64,000 bases of DNA from Candidatus Levyibacteriota bacterium (GTDB taxonomy: Bacteria > Patescibacteriota > Microgenomatia > Levybacterales > UBA12049). A program made the position numbers and the translations under genes. A model generated the notes under the pieces. The model saw nothing but the letters and a program-made list of their open reading frames with translations, was not told the origin of the DNA and made no database searches. Location of the stretch: the NCBI GenBank assembly GCA_963722305.1, contig CAVRKE010000002.1, positions 447,649 to 511,648 of the forward strand, given 5' to 3'. This document shows positions 47,993-57,610 of this stretch, in pieces (position 1 is the first letter of the stretch; every line of letters starts with the position of its first letter).

Positions 47993-48328
47993 GTGGATAA
48001 TATGGGAATTAAAGATACACATCCAGGATTAGGCGGAGGCAGTCACGCTGCATATCGTGCTCATATGGAAGGACTAATGGTACATTCAAAACGTTTACGA
48101 GAAGCGGGTACGCTGCCAGTGGTAAAAGCAGAAGGATTAAGAGCCAGAAGAGACAGGCTAAGAACAGAGGCAGAGCAAGCAATGTTAAGAGGAGCTGGCG
48201 AAGCAAGTTCTGCTTCCGTTTCAGGAACAACTGATGATGGGACTCATTCCGGTGATGCCTCTGGTGGTAATCCAAATACAGACCTAAGTTGGGTCTTAGA
48301 TACTCCCCCGTGGGCAACAGGAGAATAA
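47993..48328 (+). CDS. Hypothetical Gly/Ser/Arg-rich small protein (111 aa).
   Basis: Isolated ORF with unusually high local GC. No motif. Confidence 0.25.
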   Translation: MDNMGIKDTHPGLGGGSHAAYRAHMEGLMVHSKRLREAGTLPVVKAEGLRARRDRLRTEAEQAMLRGAGEASSASVSGTTDDGTHSGDASGGNPNTDLSWVLDTPPWATGE

Positions 48329-48329
48329 T

Positions 48330-51023
48330 TTATTTTACCGTTAAATCTACTGACACTTCCCTATCCCTACTAATTTGCGTTGATAATGAAGCTTCGTTTC
48401 CTTTTGTTTGAATATCCGCTGAAGAATCCAAAACTTTAAAACTGGTTGGAAAACTGAAAGAAAAGTTATAAGGATCAACATCCACCCCCGGTTGTTTGAA
48501 AAATTTAAGGTTATAGGAAATTTCCGGTTGCGACAGACTGATTGTTTGGGCCAGCTGATAGTCAACGGTGATGGTGGTTGTTACCTGCGGTTGAATATTG
48601 ACCAAAAACCCATAAACGCTATTTTGCCCCTGGTCTTCCCTATCTACCTCCAGCCCACTTGGCGCAATAAAACCTTTCTTCTCGTAAACCGACGGGTCGG
48701 TAATCGCCGGGACAATTTTTTGCCCTATCCCGTTTATCGCAATACTGGAAATACTGGTATTAAGTGGCAGAATAAACCTTAAATAATTTTTGTAAACCCC
48801 GCCCAACGGCGAATTTGTTTGGGAGTTATTTTTAAATATCACACTTAAGCTCTCGGTGATGCTTCCGTCTGATTTCAGACTAACACTGTGCAATAAGTTC
48901 CTGGTAATATAATAATTCACTTTATTGGCCCCAAGATTGGCTTCATTAATTCCCACAAAGTCATTGACAGTTGCACTGTTACTTACTCTTTCGTCGACCA
49001 AAGCCGAAGACCAACCGTTAATCGCAAAAGCCGCTTCCTGGTTGGCATTATTAAAAGCAAATAGGACATGTTTTTCATAAATTGACTGTGATAGTGCCTG
49101 AAGCAAAGTGACGTAAGGCAAATCTTTTTCGGTGGAGATCTTGGCCTCTAAGGAATTATAGAATGACCTTAAGAAATCCTTTTTTTGGGTTGAGCCGGGA
49201 AAGAAATCATCCTCGGCATGCGCTTGGGCAATTTGGAAAAAATTAGCGGCATTTACAGTCTGGTTGTAGTCGGGAACATTGACCGACCCTACCACCGACA
49301 AAATGTTTTTGACAAAAGACAAATCAACCCCAATGACTCCGTCAACCGACTGGTGCATTTCCGTGTTCAAAAAGACGGCCGAAGCAATTGCCCCTTTGGA
49401 AAAATCGACATTAAAATTACTATCCCGCAAAAACCAATGGATTAACGGCAGATATCTTCTGATTGGATACGGCGGTTCAATATGCCCTTTAAGCTGACCG
49501 TCGGCGTCATAGACGTCATAAATGTTAAAACCGGTAACCATACCTTTATTGACCGACAAAATGCCATAGGAACCAATGAATCCCCCGCCCGGCCTTAACT
49601 CCATATTATTTTGAAAAAGAATCAGATAAGTTCTTTGCCCGTTAAAGCCGAATATATCCGGCCAAAAATCGATGGTTGAAGAAACTATTTTGAGCGAATC
49701 GCTAAGTTTATTAATCAGGCTTTGCGGAATTAAACCCTTCTGCTCTTCCTGGTTATACAGGTACAAAGCATTATTCACCTCTACCAAGGCGCCGGAAAAA
49801 TCAGCTGCAGCGTTGTTGGATTTTCCGGCGATGATTGCTTTAAACTTATCCGCTGCATCAAGCAAGGACAGGACGCAAATGGAGATTTCCTTGCCGGAGC
49901 TGATGCTGCTGACAATCCCGCCTAAGCTTTCTCCCTGTCCGATAAGATTGCCCTCTTCCACCAGAATGGTTGACGATGTTTGTGCCACTAAAAAGCTGCC
50001 GGAAGCAAGTGAAGCAAAAGTTTTGGAAACCGGCAAATTACTGTTTTCAAGACTGTTTTTCACTACCACTAAGGACCCAACCCCAAAAAAAGAAAACAAT
50101 AAGGTTGATAAAAGCGGCAGTAAAACCAGAAAAATTAACAAGGCAAAGAGGGTCTTAAAACTATAAATATTGTTATTCTTCTGTCCGTAGTGGGCAATTT
50201 CCGGTTTTTCTTCTTTCGTTGGATTAGTTTTTAAAATGCTACTGTAATCAATCCTCTTAATCCTATCTTCCAGGTCATATTTTTCTCCGAGAATGTATTT
50301 TCCTTCTTCTGCCTTAATTAAAGCGTTTTGTTTAAGTTTTAGCTCGTTGGTAAAATCGATTTTTAAATCCGGATCTTTTTTCTTAAACAGGTTGGCCAAA
50401 GATAAAAGCGTTATCCCATGTTTTGGCCAAAGATAAACAAGTTTTTCTTTTTCATCGCTACCAAATGAGGCTTCCAAAATTCCCTGCACAACGTCATCAA
50501 AACAAATGGGGTTAATTATTTTAGTGCCATCCCCGGGGATTAGAATTCTCCCCTGGGCGGCGGATTGCAGAATAAATTTATTAATAATCGTTCGTGGATT
50601 ATAAATAGCGTCTGTTTTAAAAATCTCGCCCGTAATGATTAGTCTCGCCTTATCATAAACATTAATAAAATTAGTCAAGATGTCGCCTGTTACGGCGGTT
50701 TGCCCAACGACCAAGCTTAAGGATGAATCATCTTTTTTTGCCTTTTTGATAAATTCCTCCATTAACTCTTTTGGCATTTCGCAAGCTTGATCAATCAGAA
50801 AGATGTGGGAATAGGTATTGTCGGGGATGGTCGGAGTTTTTTTGCTAAAAGGAACGTGGACAATATTCTCCAATACTTCCGGTGTTTTTTTACTGACGTA
50901 AATGACGATTGCTTCATCTTTTAACTGTTTTGCCAAAGCCTCGCCGATATCACCTTCTTTATCCACCACCAACATCGGGTATTCAAGTTTTTTTTCGCTG
51001 GTAATAAAGGCAGTGCGGTTCAT
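48330..51023 (-). CDS. DUF4012-domain membrane protein (897 aa): N-terminal cytoplasmic Rossmann-like region, one TM, large extracytoplasmic DUF4012 region.
   Basis: RTYLILFQNNMELRPGGGFIGSYGIL matches the DUF4012 hallmark (R.YL.LFQNN.E.R..GG..GSY). Confidence 0.6.
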   Translation of the reverse strand: MNRTAFITSEKKLEYPMLVVDKEGDIGEALAKQLKDEAIVIYVSKKTPEVLENIVHVPFSKKTPTIPDNTYSHIFLIDQACEMPKELMEEFIKKAKKDDSSLSLVVGQTAVTGDILTNFINVYDKARLIITGEIFKTDAIYNPRTIINKFILQSAAQGRILIPGDGTKIINPICFDDVVQGILEASFGSDEKEKLVYLWPKHGITLLSLANLFKKKDPDLKIDFTNELKLKQNALIKAEEGKYILGEKYDLEDRIKRIDYSSILKTNPTKEEKPEIAHYGQKNNNIYSFKTLFALLIFLVLLPLLSTLLFSFFGVGSLVVVKNSLENSNLPVSKTFASLASGSFLVAQTSSTILVEEGNLIGQGESLGGIVSSISSGKEISICVLSLLDAADKFKAIIAGKSNNAAADFSGALVEVNNALYLYNQEEQKGLIPQSLINKLSDSLKIVSSTIDFWPDIFGFNGQRTYLILFQNNMELRPGGGFIGSYGILSVNKGMVTGFNIYDVYDADGQLKGHIEPPYPIRRYLPLIHWFLRDSNFNVDFSKGAIASAVFLNTEMHQSVDGVIGVDLSFVKNILSVVGSVNVPDYNQTVNAANFFQIAQAHAEDDFFPGSTQKKDFLRSFYNSLEAKISTEKDLPYVTLLQALSQSIYEKHVLFAFNNANQEAAFAINGWSSALVDERVSNSATVNDFVGINEANLGANKVNYYITRNLLHSVSLKSDGSITESLSVIFKNNSQTNSPLGGVYKNYLRFILPLNTSISSIAINGIGQKIVPAITDPSVYEKKGFIAPSGLEVDREDQGQNSVYGFLVNIQPQVTTTITVDYQLAQTISLSQPEISYNLKFFKQPGVDVDPYNFSFSFPTSFKVLDSSADIQTKGNEASLSTQISRDREVSVDLTVK

Positions 51024-51042
51024 TAGCTTTATTCTAATTACT

Positions 51043-51462
51043 CTACGGCCGGTTGTCTAGGGCAAAGTTCACCATGAAGTCAGCCTTAATATTTTTCTCT
51101 CTGGGGACATGAGCATAAAAAACCGGAATTTTCAATTCTGCTTCTTTTTGCCTAATCGCAAAGACAAACTCTCTGATTTTGGGGTTTTTGACTTTGAATA
51201 AGCCGGTTAGCTGTGAATAAGCAAGTTGTGAATCCATATAAAAATTTATTCTCTCTATCGCAAATTTCTCCTTATTTGCCAGGGCCCAATTAAACCCCTC
51301 AAGAATTGCCGAATACTCGGCCACATTGTTGGTTGCCTCTCCAATTGTTTTCCCAATCCTGGCTAGCTCATGATGATTTTCGTCTTCGATGAAAACCCCT
51401 AAAGCCGCCGGGCCGGGATTACCTCTGGCTCCCCCGTCTGTAAAAATAGCAATTTTGGACAT
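51043..51462 (-). CDS. rnhA: Ribonuclease HI.
   Basis: IFTDGGARGNPGPAALG...NNVAEYSAIL...DSQL (DEDD catalytic residues). Confidence 0.85.
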   Translation of the reverse strand: MSKIAIFTDGGARGNPGPAALGVFIEDENHHELARIGKTIGEATNNVAEYSAILEGFNWALANKEKFAIERINFYMDSQLAYSQLTGLFKVKNPKIREFVFAIRQKEAELKIPVFYAHVPREKNIKADFMVNFALDNRP

Positions 51463-51463
51463 T

Positions 51464-52696
51464 TTAGATTCTCTTTTCCAATAGGTTTTTGACGCTGAAA
51501 ACTTTTCCGATCAGTAAAACAAAAACTATTGCTTCCGAGATAAGGGTTATTGTAGCACAAGCCACATAAGAAAATTGCGGAATAAAGATGATGTTTAAGA
51601 TGATGTTTAAAAAGGTTGAGAATAAATAAACAAACATCAGGAACTTTTGTTTCTCAAGCGTGATTAACACCCACTGCAATAAACTGGTCGTAAAGAAAAA
51701 GGGTAAAGATAAAAGAAGAATTCTAAACGGAATCATCGAATCGATAAAATCACTTTTGATTAAAGCAAACAGCGGAGAGGCAAACCAAAAAGGAATAATC
51801 AGCAAAAACGACGATAACAAGAAAATGACAAAATAGTTTTTGACAAAACGGAAAAACTGAACACTGTTATTTTTATCCCTAATTAGGAAAGGGTAAATGG
51901 CATTTGAAAGGAATAAAGGAAGGGCGATTAAAAAATCAAAAAATTTATAAGCCAGCCCGTAGATACCAACGTCCTTGGTTGGGGAGAGAAGTGAAAGAAT
52001 AAACATATCCGCCCGAAAATAAACTAAATTAAAAACCAACATTAAGCCAACCGGCAAAGACTTTACGAAAATTTCTTTGGCAAATTGTTTGTTAAACATA
52101 AACGGCAGCATGGGTTCTTTGCTTAATTTAATTAGCAGCAAAGCGCTGACAAAACTGCTCGCAACAAATGCGAACAGGATTAAAAAAATAGAAAAATTTA
52201 AGAACGCAAAGATTAAAACCAGGCCAAGATTTACCAATGCGCCGATTATCATACCAACCATGTATGAAAAATAATTAATTGTTTTTTGAAAGACAGCCGA
52301 GGTTGAGAGAATAATGCTTTGCGCAAAAACACTAAAGGAAAAAATAAAGATGCCAATTCTGACACTATCTGAAAATCCTGAGTTTAGGGAAGCATTATAG
52401 GGAAGAATAAGTGCAATCAAATTCAACGCCGAGAATACAATTAAGGCAATTAAAATTCTTAAGTAAAACAGGTTTTTAAAACTAGGTTTTTCATACTGCA
52501 GAAAAAAGGCATTTAAGCCAAAGTCCAAAACCAAATAAAACAGCGCCACGTAGGCAGTGACTTTGGTGAAATCTCCGTAGCCTAAAACCCCAAACTTTCT
52601 GGCAATGACAATGGTAATTAAGAAACCGATAAATGAAGTAGTCACTCTGGCCAGCGTTTGGTAAAGAGTATTTTTGGCAATTTGTATATGCTGCAT
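51464..52696 (-). CDS. Polysaccharide/oligosaccharide flippase (MOP/Wzx-like, 12 TM).
   Basis: 410 aa, about 12 TM helices, N-terminal MQHIQIAKNTLYQTLARV typical of Wzx/MurJ-like flippases. Confidence 0.6.
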   Translation of the reverse strand: MQHIQIAKNTLYQTLARVTTSFIGFLITIVIARKFGVLGYGDFTKVTAYVALFYLVLDFGLNAFFLQYEKPSFKNLFYLRILIALIVFSALNLIALILPYNASLNSGFSDSVRIGIFIFSFSVFAQSIILSTSAVFQKTINYFSYMVGMIIGALVNLGLVLIFAFLNFSIFLILFAFVASSFVSALLLIKLSKEPMLPFMFNKQFAKEIFVKSLPVGLMLVFNLVYFRADMFILSLLSPTKDVGIYGLAYKFFDFLIALPLFLSNAIYPFLIRDKNNSVQFFRFVKNYFVIFLLSSFLLIIPFWFASPLFALIKSDFIDSMIPFRILLLSLPFFFTTSLLQWVLITLEKQKFLMFVYLFSTFLNIILNIIFIPQFSYVACATITLISEAIVFVLLIGKVFSVKNLLEKRI

Positions 52697-52730
52697 ATTT
52701 TTATGTTAGCAGATTATAATCACTGATTAA

Positions 52731-54083
52731 CTAACTATTTTTGCGGGCAAGGATTATCCCGATTGATAATGACATTAACAACTGTCCTTGTTGGAGAGTT
52801 AAAAAATAATGGTCAAATGAGCCTAAAAATATGACGGAAAAAAAGAGCATCCATAAGTACCTGTTTCCCGGTTGTTTTATTTTTAAGATTAATTCTTGCA
52901 GACATTTATATAAAAGGTAAACAAAAAAACCAAGTCCGACAATTCCGGTTTCGGACAGCACCAAAAGAAAAATATTATGCACCGGTTGAATCAGCAAAAT
53001 TACCAGTTGCGAATTCGAAAAACTCAGGTTGTTAAAAAAATTATTAACTCCGACTCCAAAAACGGGATTTTGAGAAAACATCTTGAAAGACTGGTTCATC
53101 AGCTCGGTACGCTCAACAAGCGATTCGTCGGAAAGTTTGGTTAAAGAAAACCTTTGCAGAATAAACGAGTTTTGAAAAACAAAATAGAGACAGATTAATA
53201 GAAGCAGCGTTAGCGCTAGCCCCAACAAAAGCTGCGGATTGGTAACTCTGTTCTTATATTTTTTCACCACAGTAATTCCAAATAGAATTATTAGATAAAG
53301 CCCCCACAGAAAAATTGCCGTTCGGGAAAGTGTCAAGACTAAACATGCTGTTCCCAAAACAACACCTATCACCAGTAAAGCTGTTTGCTTTTGGCTTTTG
53401 AAAAAAAATAAAAGATAGAGCATCGCCATTAGCAAAAAAGCGGCTAAAATATTAGGGTGAGAAAAGGTGGCATAAGGCCTTAAGAAGAGTTGCCCGTTAA
53501 TTGAAGCATTGGCAATCCCTGGAGTTTGCGCATTAAAAGCCCTTTCTCCGAAATAATAAAATATTCCGTTAATCGACCCTTGATTAAAGTACTGCCAAAA
53601 AGCCAACAATGATTCAAAAATCACACCTATCAGAAAACAATAAAAAATAAGCTGCTTATTGAAACTCTTAAAATTGCTGATGACAAAAATGGTTAAAAAA
53701 CTGTATTCTAAAAATTTAATTATTCCATAACCGCCCGCCAATGGATTTCTGGAAGCAACTACACCGACCATCAGACCCAACAGTAAAAGCGCAAAAGCGA
53801 TTAAATAATTTTTATTTACTCCTTTAAAAAATATTACCAACCGCTGCAGGTTAAATAAAAAAATTAAAATTATAAAAATATCTGTGAGGTAGAGAGTTGG
53901 GGAGAGGTAATCGAGTCTTAGCCCAAAAACAAATGCAGAGTTTGGCCAAAAATGTTTGCCTAACTCGGTTGGCAGAAACAGCATTAGGAGATAAAAGAAA
54001 GCGTATGCAAGTTTATTTTGGCCTAATAACCAAAACCCTGTCTTTGCCTTCTCCGGTCGATTCTGATGCAACTTCTTTGTCAT
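52731..54083 (-). CDS. O-antigen ligase/polymerase-like (Wzy_C-type) polytopic membrane protein. The true start is probably an internal Met (about 53984), so it does not overlap jag.
   Basis: 450 aa, at least 10 TM, with a large periplasmic loop containing ...LTLSRTAIFLWGL... typical of the O-antigen ligase domain. Confidence 0.5.
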   Translation of the reverse strand: MTKKLHQNRPEKAKTGFWLLGQNKLAYAFFYLLMLFLPTELGKHFWPNSAFVFGLRLDYLSPTLYLTDIFIILIFLFNLQRLVIFFKGVNKNYLIAFALLLLGLMVGVVASRNPLAGGYGIIKFLEYSFLTIFVISNFKSFNKQLIFYCFLIGVIFESLLAFWQYFNQGSINGIFYYFGERAFNAQTPGIANASINGQLFLRPYATFSHPNILAAFLLMAMLYLLFFFKSQKQTALLVIGVVLGTACLVLTLSRTAIFLWGLYLIILFGITVVKKYKNRVTNPQLLLGLALTLLLLICLYFVFQNSFILQRFSLTKLSDESLVERTELMNQSFKMFSQNPVFGVGVNNFFNNLSFSNSQLVILLIQPVHNIFLLVLSETGIVGLGFFVYLLYKCLQELILKIKQPGNRYLWMLFFSVIFLGSFDHYFLTLQQGQLLMSLSIGIILARKNS

Positions 54084-54462
54084 CTTGTAAAAGAAGGTGG
54101 ACGACTCGTCTTTCCCAGGACTTTAAATCGGAAAGATAGACTTCTTTATTCTCTGCTATTGCCCTTTCCTTGGCATCCTGCGCCAGTCTTTCTAACCATT
54201 CCGAACGATTTTTTTTATAGTCTCCGACTTCCAAAGAAACCCTTTTAAACTCCCCGCGCTGTTTGGCCAGAAGTAGGGCTAAAATAAGCTGCAATGCTTC
54301 CAAGGTTTCCCCATGATAACCAATCACAATTCCGCTATCTTCGGTCTCCAGCGTGACCGCGATTGTCTCTGTATCTTCCGAAACCGTAAAGTCGGTCGTA
54401 ATCCCTAGAGACTGAAAAAACTTTTTTATCGGTTGTTCTAATTTTTTATTTTTTGCTGCCAT
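54013..54462 (-). CDS. jag: Jag/KhpB RNA-binding protein (KH plus R3H domains).
   Basis: 149 aa with an R3H C-terminus. Conserved position downstream of yidC. Confidence 0.75.
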   Translation of the reverse strand: MAAKNKKLEQPIKKFFQSLGITTDFTVSEDTETIAVTLETEDSGIVIGYHGETLEALQLILALLLAKQRGEFKRVSLEVGDYKKNRSEWLERLAQDAKERAIAENKEVYLSDLKSWERRVVHLLLQDDKEVASESTGEGKDRVLVIRPK

Positions 54463-55315
54463 TTAGTTTATCCGTCCATTCCTTAATTCCGCCCAAACCC
54501 GAAATTCTGTACTGCTGTATGATACCAAAAATTGTGAAGGCGTTCCAGTACAAAGATAGGCCAACCGGAAAGTCGTAGGAGAAGAAGCCAATCATTAATG
54601 GGAAGATGTACATTGATTGCGATTGAAAAGCGGTAGCAAAATCTTCCTCTTTCTTTTCACCTGATTTTGATTTTACTTCGACCAGTTTTTTATCCGCCGG
54701 TTGGGGAAGCGAGGCAAACATCATCTTTGATTGGATAAATTGGAAAAATCCGGTCGCCACTGGGATTATAAGTATCGGCCATGTGCTCATTAGCGACAAA
54801 TTAAGCAAATGAGACGGAGTTTGGGCTAGTGGAAGACCAAAAAAATATGTGTCCCACGGTTGAGTTAATTTAAAAGAGCTGGAGTATAACATTGCGTTAA
54901 TAGTTTTTAAGGTAACCATTCCCGGCTTGACGATTAACTGTAAAGCGGCGTATAACGCCCAGATTAACGGCAACTGGATTAAAAGCGGCAAACAGCCGGC
55001 CGCCGGATTAACTCCATGTTCCTTGTAAAGCCGCATCGTTTCCTGCTGTAACATCTTGGCGTCGTTCTTGTGTTTCTCTTTCAGGTTTTTTAAATGCGGA
55101 TTTAACTCCTGCATTTTTTTGGAGGCTTTTAGTTGCGACGACATCAGGGGGTAGAGAATTAAGCGAATGATAACCGTTAAGACAATAATGGCAAAACCTA
55201 AAGCATAGGGCACATGCACAAAATTAAGGGCATGATACAAAAGCACCAATAAGTTAATTATCGGAACATACAAAATATTATGAAAGGCGCTGCCGATGAA
55301 AGAAAATAAACTCAT
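54446..55315 (-). CDS. yidC: Membrane protein insertase YidC (short form).
   Basis: 289 aa, 5 TM, ...LPLLIQLPLIWALY... 60-kDa inner-membrane insertase core. Confidence 0.85.
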   Translation of the reverse strand: MSLFSFIGSAFHNILYVPIINLLVLLYHALNFVHVPYALGFAIIVLTVIIRLILYPLMSSQLKASKKMQELNPHLKNLKEKHKNDAKMLQQETMRLYKEHGVNPAAGCLPLLIQLPLIWALYAALQLIVKPGMVTLKTINAMLYSSSFKLTQPWDTYFFGLPLAQTPSHLLNLSLMSTWPILIIPVATGFFQFIQSKMMFASLPQPADKKLVEVKSKSGEKKEEDFATAFQSQSMYIFPLMIGFFSYDFPVGLSLYWNAFTIFGIIQQYRISGLGGIKEWTDKLNGSKK

Positions 55316-55318
55316 AAT

Positions 55319-55528
55319 TTAATTACCCCTGTAAAACGGTTGACATTTTAAGATCCTCACTACCGATAAGGTTGTTCCTTTAAGAATCCCTTTTTGGGAA
55401 ATTGCGGTTTTGGCATATTCCGAACAAGTGGGGGAGAAGCGGCATTCTCCTTTTAAACCCAAATTAAACAGGGCCACGGCAATAGTCCTTTGGTAAAAAC
55501 TGATGGCGATTAAAACTAATTTATTCAT
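55319..55528 (-). CDS. yidD: Membrane protein insertion efficiency factor YidD.
   Basis: 69 aa: ...CRFSPTCSEYAKTAISQKGILKGTTLSVVRILKCQPF. Confidence 0.9.
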   Translation of the reverse strand: MNKLVLIAISFYQRTIAVALFNLGLKGECRFSPTCSEYAKTAISQKGILKGTTLSVVRILKCQPFYRGN

Positions 55529-55856
55529 TTTTTAAAACGTCCGCTTTTTTAAAAAGCTCCTGCAGGGAATTAAAAACAACTGTCTTTTGTTCTGGTTCGA
55601 GTCTTTTTTTGGCAACCAAAACAAAGTCTTTTCCCTCTTTTATGCTAGCGATTATTTCTTCTACCAAACTTCTTAAAATTCTCTTGGTTTTATTTCTGAC
55701 CACCGCTCTTTTATCTATCTTCTTGGAAACGATAAAAGCAAATCTTACTCTATTTTCTTGGTTATCCAAAACCCTTAAATTAAAAAACGGGGAGGTAAAA
55801 AGTTTGTCTTTCTTGGTCCTTACTATTCTGGCAAGGCGGTTTTGTTTTTTTAACAT
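55521..55856 (-). CDS. rnpA: Ribonuclease P protein component.
   Basis: 111 aa with the RNR-type motif ...FAFIVSKKIDKRAVVRNKTKRILRS... . Confidence 0.85.
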   Translation of the reverse strand: MLKKQNRLARIVRTKKDKLFTSPFFNLRVLDNQENRVRFAFIVSKKIDKRAVVRNKTKRILRSLVEEIIASIKEGKDFVLVAKKRLEPEQKTVVFNSLQELFKKADVLKNE

Positions 55857-55860
55857 GACC

Positions 55861-55995
55861 TTAAACCGTTAATTTATTTCTTTTTACTGCCCTTCTTTTT
55901 TTCAGCACTTTTTGCCCTCCATGAGTCTTGGCTCTTTGCAAAAACCCGTGCTTCCTCTTTCTTTTTACTTTCTTAAGCTTTCTGTATTTTTCCAT
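55861..55995 (-). CDS. rpmH: 50S ribosomal protein L34.
   Basis: MEKYRKLKKVKRKRKHGFLQRAKTHGGQKVLKKRRAVKRNKLTV. The track ORF is longer; the start is taken at the conserved Met. Confidence 0.85.
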   Translation of the reverse strand: MEKYRKLKKVKRKRKHGFLQRAKTHGGQKVLKKRRAVKRNKLTV

Positions 55996-56126
55996 TGTTT
56001 TTAAGTATAGCAAAATGCGGGAGTTTTTAAAAGTGTTAGCTTCGGTTGTTAAAAGAGATCTAGTTTTATCTATTTTTGTCTCTTGACAAAAAGTTATCCA
56101 CATTATTAAACTGCTCATTACCACTT

Positions 56127-57485
56127 ATGCAGGAAAATAAAGAAATTTGGAGTAAAATTTTAGCGGAAATCGAACTTGAAGTGTCAAGAGCAAATTTCCT
56201 CACCCTTTTTAAAAGAACCCAGCTTTTAAGCGTGGAGGAGAATGTCATTACTATTGCCGCTCCTTCGGCGATGATTATCGACCTTTTACAAAGGCGGTTT
56301 TATGCTGTAATTAAAAAATCTGCCGATAAACAGCTTGACAAAGATAGCAAAATTGTTTTTGCCCCCAAAACCATTATTGATGCCGTCAAACCACCAGAGA
56401 GTAAGGTTGGCCCGTTATTTGAAGAGGACTCTGACAAAAAAACCGTCATCGGTCATTTGCCAAGAGTGAGGGCCGACTACACTTTTGAAAACATGGCGGT
56501 TTCTTCAACCAACCAGCTGGCTTTTGTCAGCGCCTCTACGGTGGCTAAAAATCCCGGCCAAACCTACAATCCTTTGTTTATTTACGGACCAACCGGGGTG
56601 GGAAAAACCCATTTAATGCAAGCCATTGCCAATGCCGTTTATCGCCAATCTCCCAACAAGAAAATTCTTTACACCACCAGCGAAGAATTTACCAACGAGG
56701 TTGTCGAAGCCATCAGAACCAACAATACCGGCAATATGAAGAAAAAATTCCGAGAGCTTGACCTTTTAATCATTGACGACATTCAGTTTGTCGCCGGTAA
56801 AGAAAAAATTCAAGAAGAATTATTCCATACTTTTAACACTCTGGTTGATAAGTCGGCGCAAATTGTCCTTTCTTCCGACCGACCGCCGGCTGAAATAAAA
56901 CAGGTGGAAAAAAGATTGTTGTCCAGATTCTCAGGAGGGCTAACGGTTGACATCCAGTCTCCGGATTTTGAGCTAAGAACAGCCATTCTTTTAATTAAAG
57001 CGAAAAAGTACGGCGTTTCCTTAAGTATGGATTTGGCAAAAATGATTGCGCAGAAAGCCCAAGACGCCAGAGGTTTGGAAGGATTGTTATTAAGAGTGAT
57101 TACCCAAGCCCAAGCGGATAATGGGGAGATTAGCGAAGACTTGGTTTTATCCGTACTGTCTTTAAATAAAGAGGAAAAATTAAATTATTTCCACCCGGAT
57201 GAAATTATCAAAAATGTTTGTTATTTTTACGGGGTTAAATCAACCCAACTCAAAAGCCCAAAAAGGGATGCTTTTTTAGTCAGGCCACGACAGGTAGCAA
57301 TGTTTTTATTAAAAAAAGAATTGGGTTTGTCTTTTGTGGAGATTGGTAACCTGTTGGGCGGAAGAGACCATACCACTATTATGCACGGTGTAGAAAAAGT
57401 GGATAAGCTGCTGAAAAACTCTTTAATTAAGGAGGATATTTTGGGGATTCCTAAAATAGTTGTTGATAACAATGTGGAATATTAG
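56127..57485 (+). CDS. dnaA: Chromosomal replication initiator DnaA.
   Basis: Start chosen at the ATG giving MQENKEIWSKILAEIE... (the track's TTG at 56076 overlaps a DnaA box). Walker A GPTGVGKTHL, sensor II, and a C-terminal DNA-binding domain. Confidence 0.9.
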   Translation: MQENKEIWSKILAEIELEVSRANFLTLFKRTQLLSVEENVITIAAPSAMIIDLLQRRFYAVIKKSADKQLDKDSKIVFAPKTIIDAVKPPESKVGPLFEEDSDKKTVIGHLPRVRADYTFENMAVSSTNQLAFVSASTVAKNPGQTYNPLFIYGPTGVGKTHLMQAIANAVYRQSPNKKILYTTSEEFTNEVVEAIRTNNTGNMKKKFRELDLLIIDDIQFVAGKEKIQEELFHTFNTLVDKSAQIVLSSDRPPAEIKQVEKRLLSRFSGGLTVDIQSPDFELRTAILLIKAKKYGVSLSMDLAKMIAQKAQDARGLEGLLLRVITQAQADNGEISEDLVLSVLSLNKEEKLNYFHPDEIIKNVCYFYGVKSTQLKSPKRDAFLVRPRQVAMFLLKKELGLSFVEIGNLLGGRDHTTIMHGVEKVDKLLKNSLIKEDILGIPKIVVDNNVEY

Positions 57486-57610
57486 TCAGTTTATTTTTTC
57501 AACTATTTATCCACTTTTTTATCAACAGCTTATCCACCAAGAAATAGGCACAGCTTCTTGCTTTTTTCCACTTTTCCAGATACACTACTACAACTACAAA
57601 TAGATAATAT
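57486..57610 (+). promoter_or_regulatory. oriC-type DnaA-box cluster between dnaA and dnaN.
   Basis: TTATCCACT at 57507-57515, TTATCAACA at 57519-57527 and TTATCCACC at 57530-57538, with an AT-rich stretch downstream. A further TTATCCACA box at 56094-56102 sits upstream of dnaA. Confidence 0.65.

Noticed and set aside
56076-56126. The track's TTG start for dnaA (MSLDKKLSTLLNCSLPL...).
   Set aside because: This stretch contains a DnaA box (TTATCCACA). DnaA proteins conventionally begin near the MQENKEIWSKIL motif, so the ATG at 56127 was preferred.
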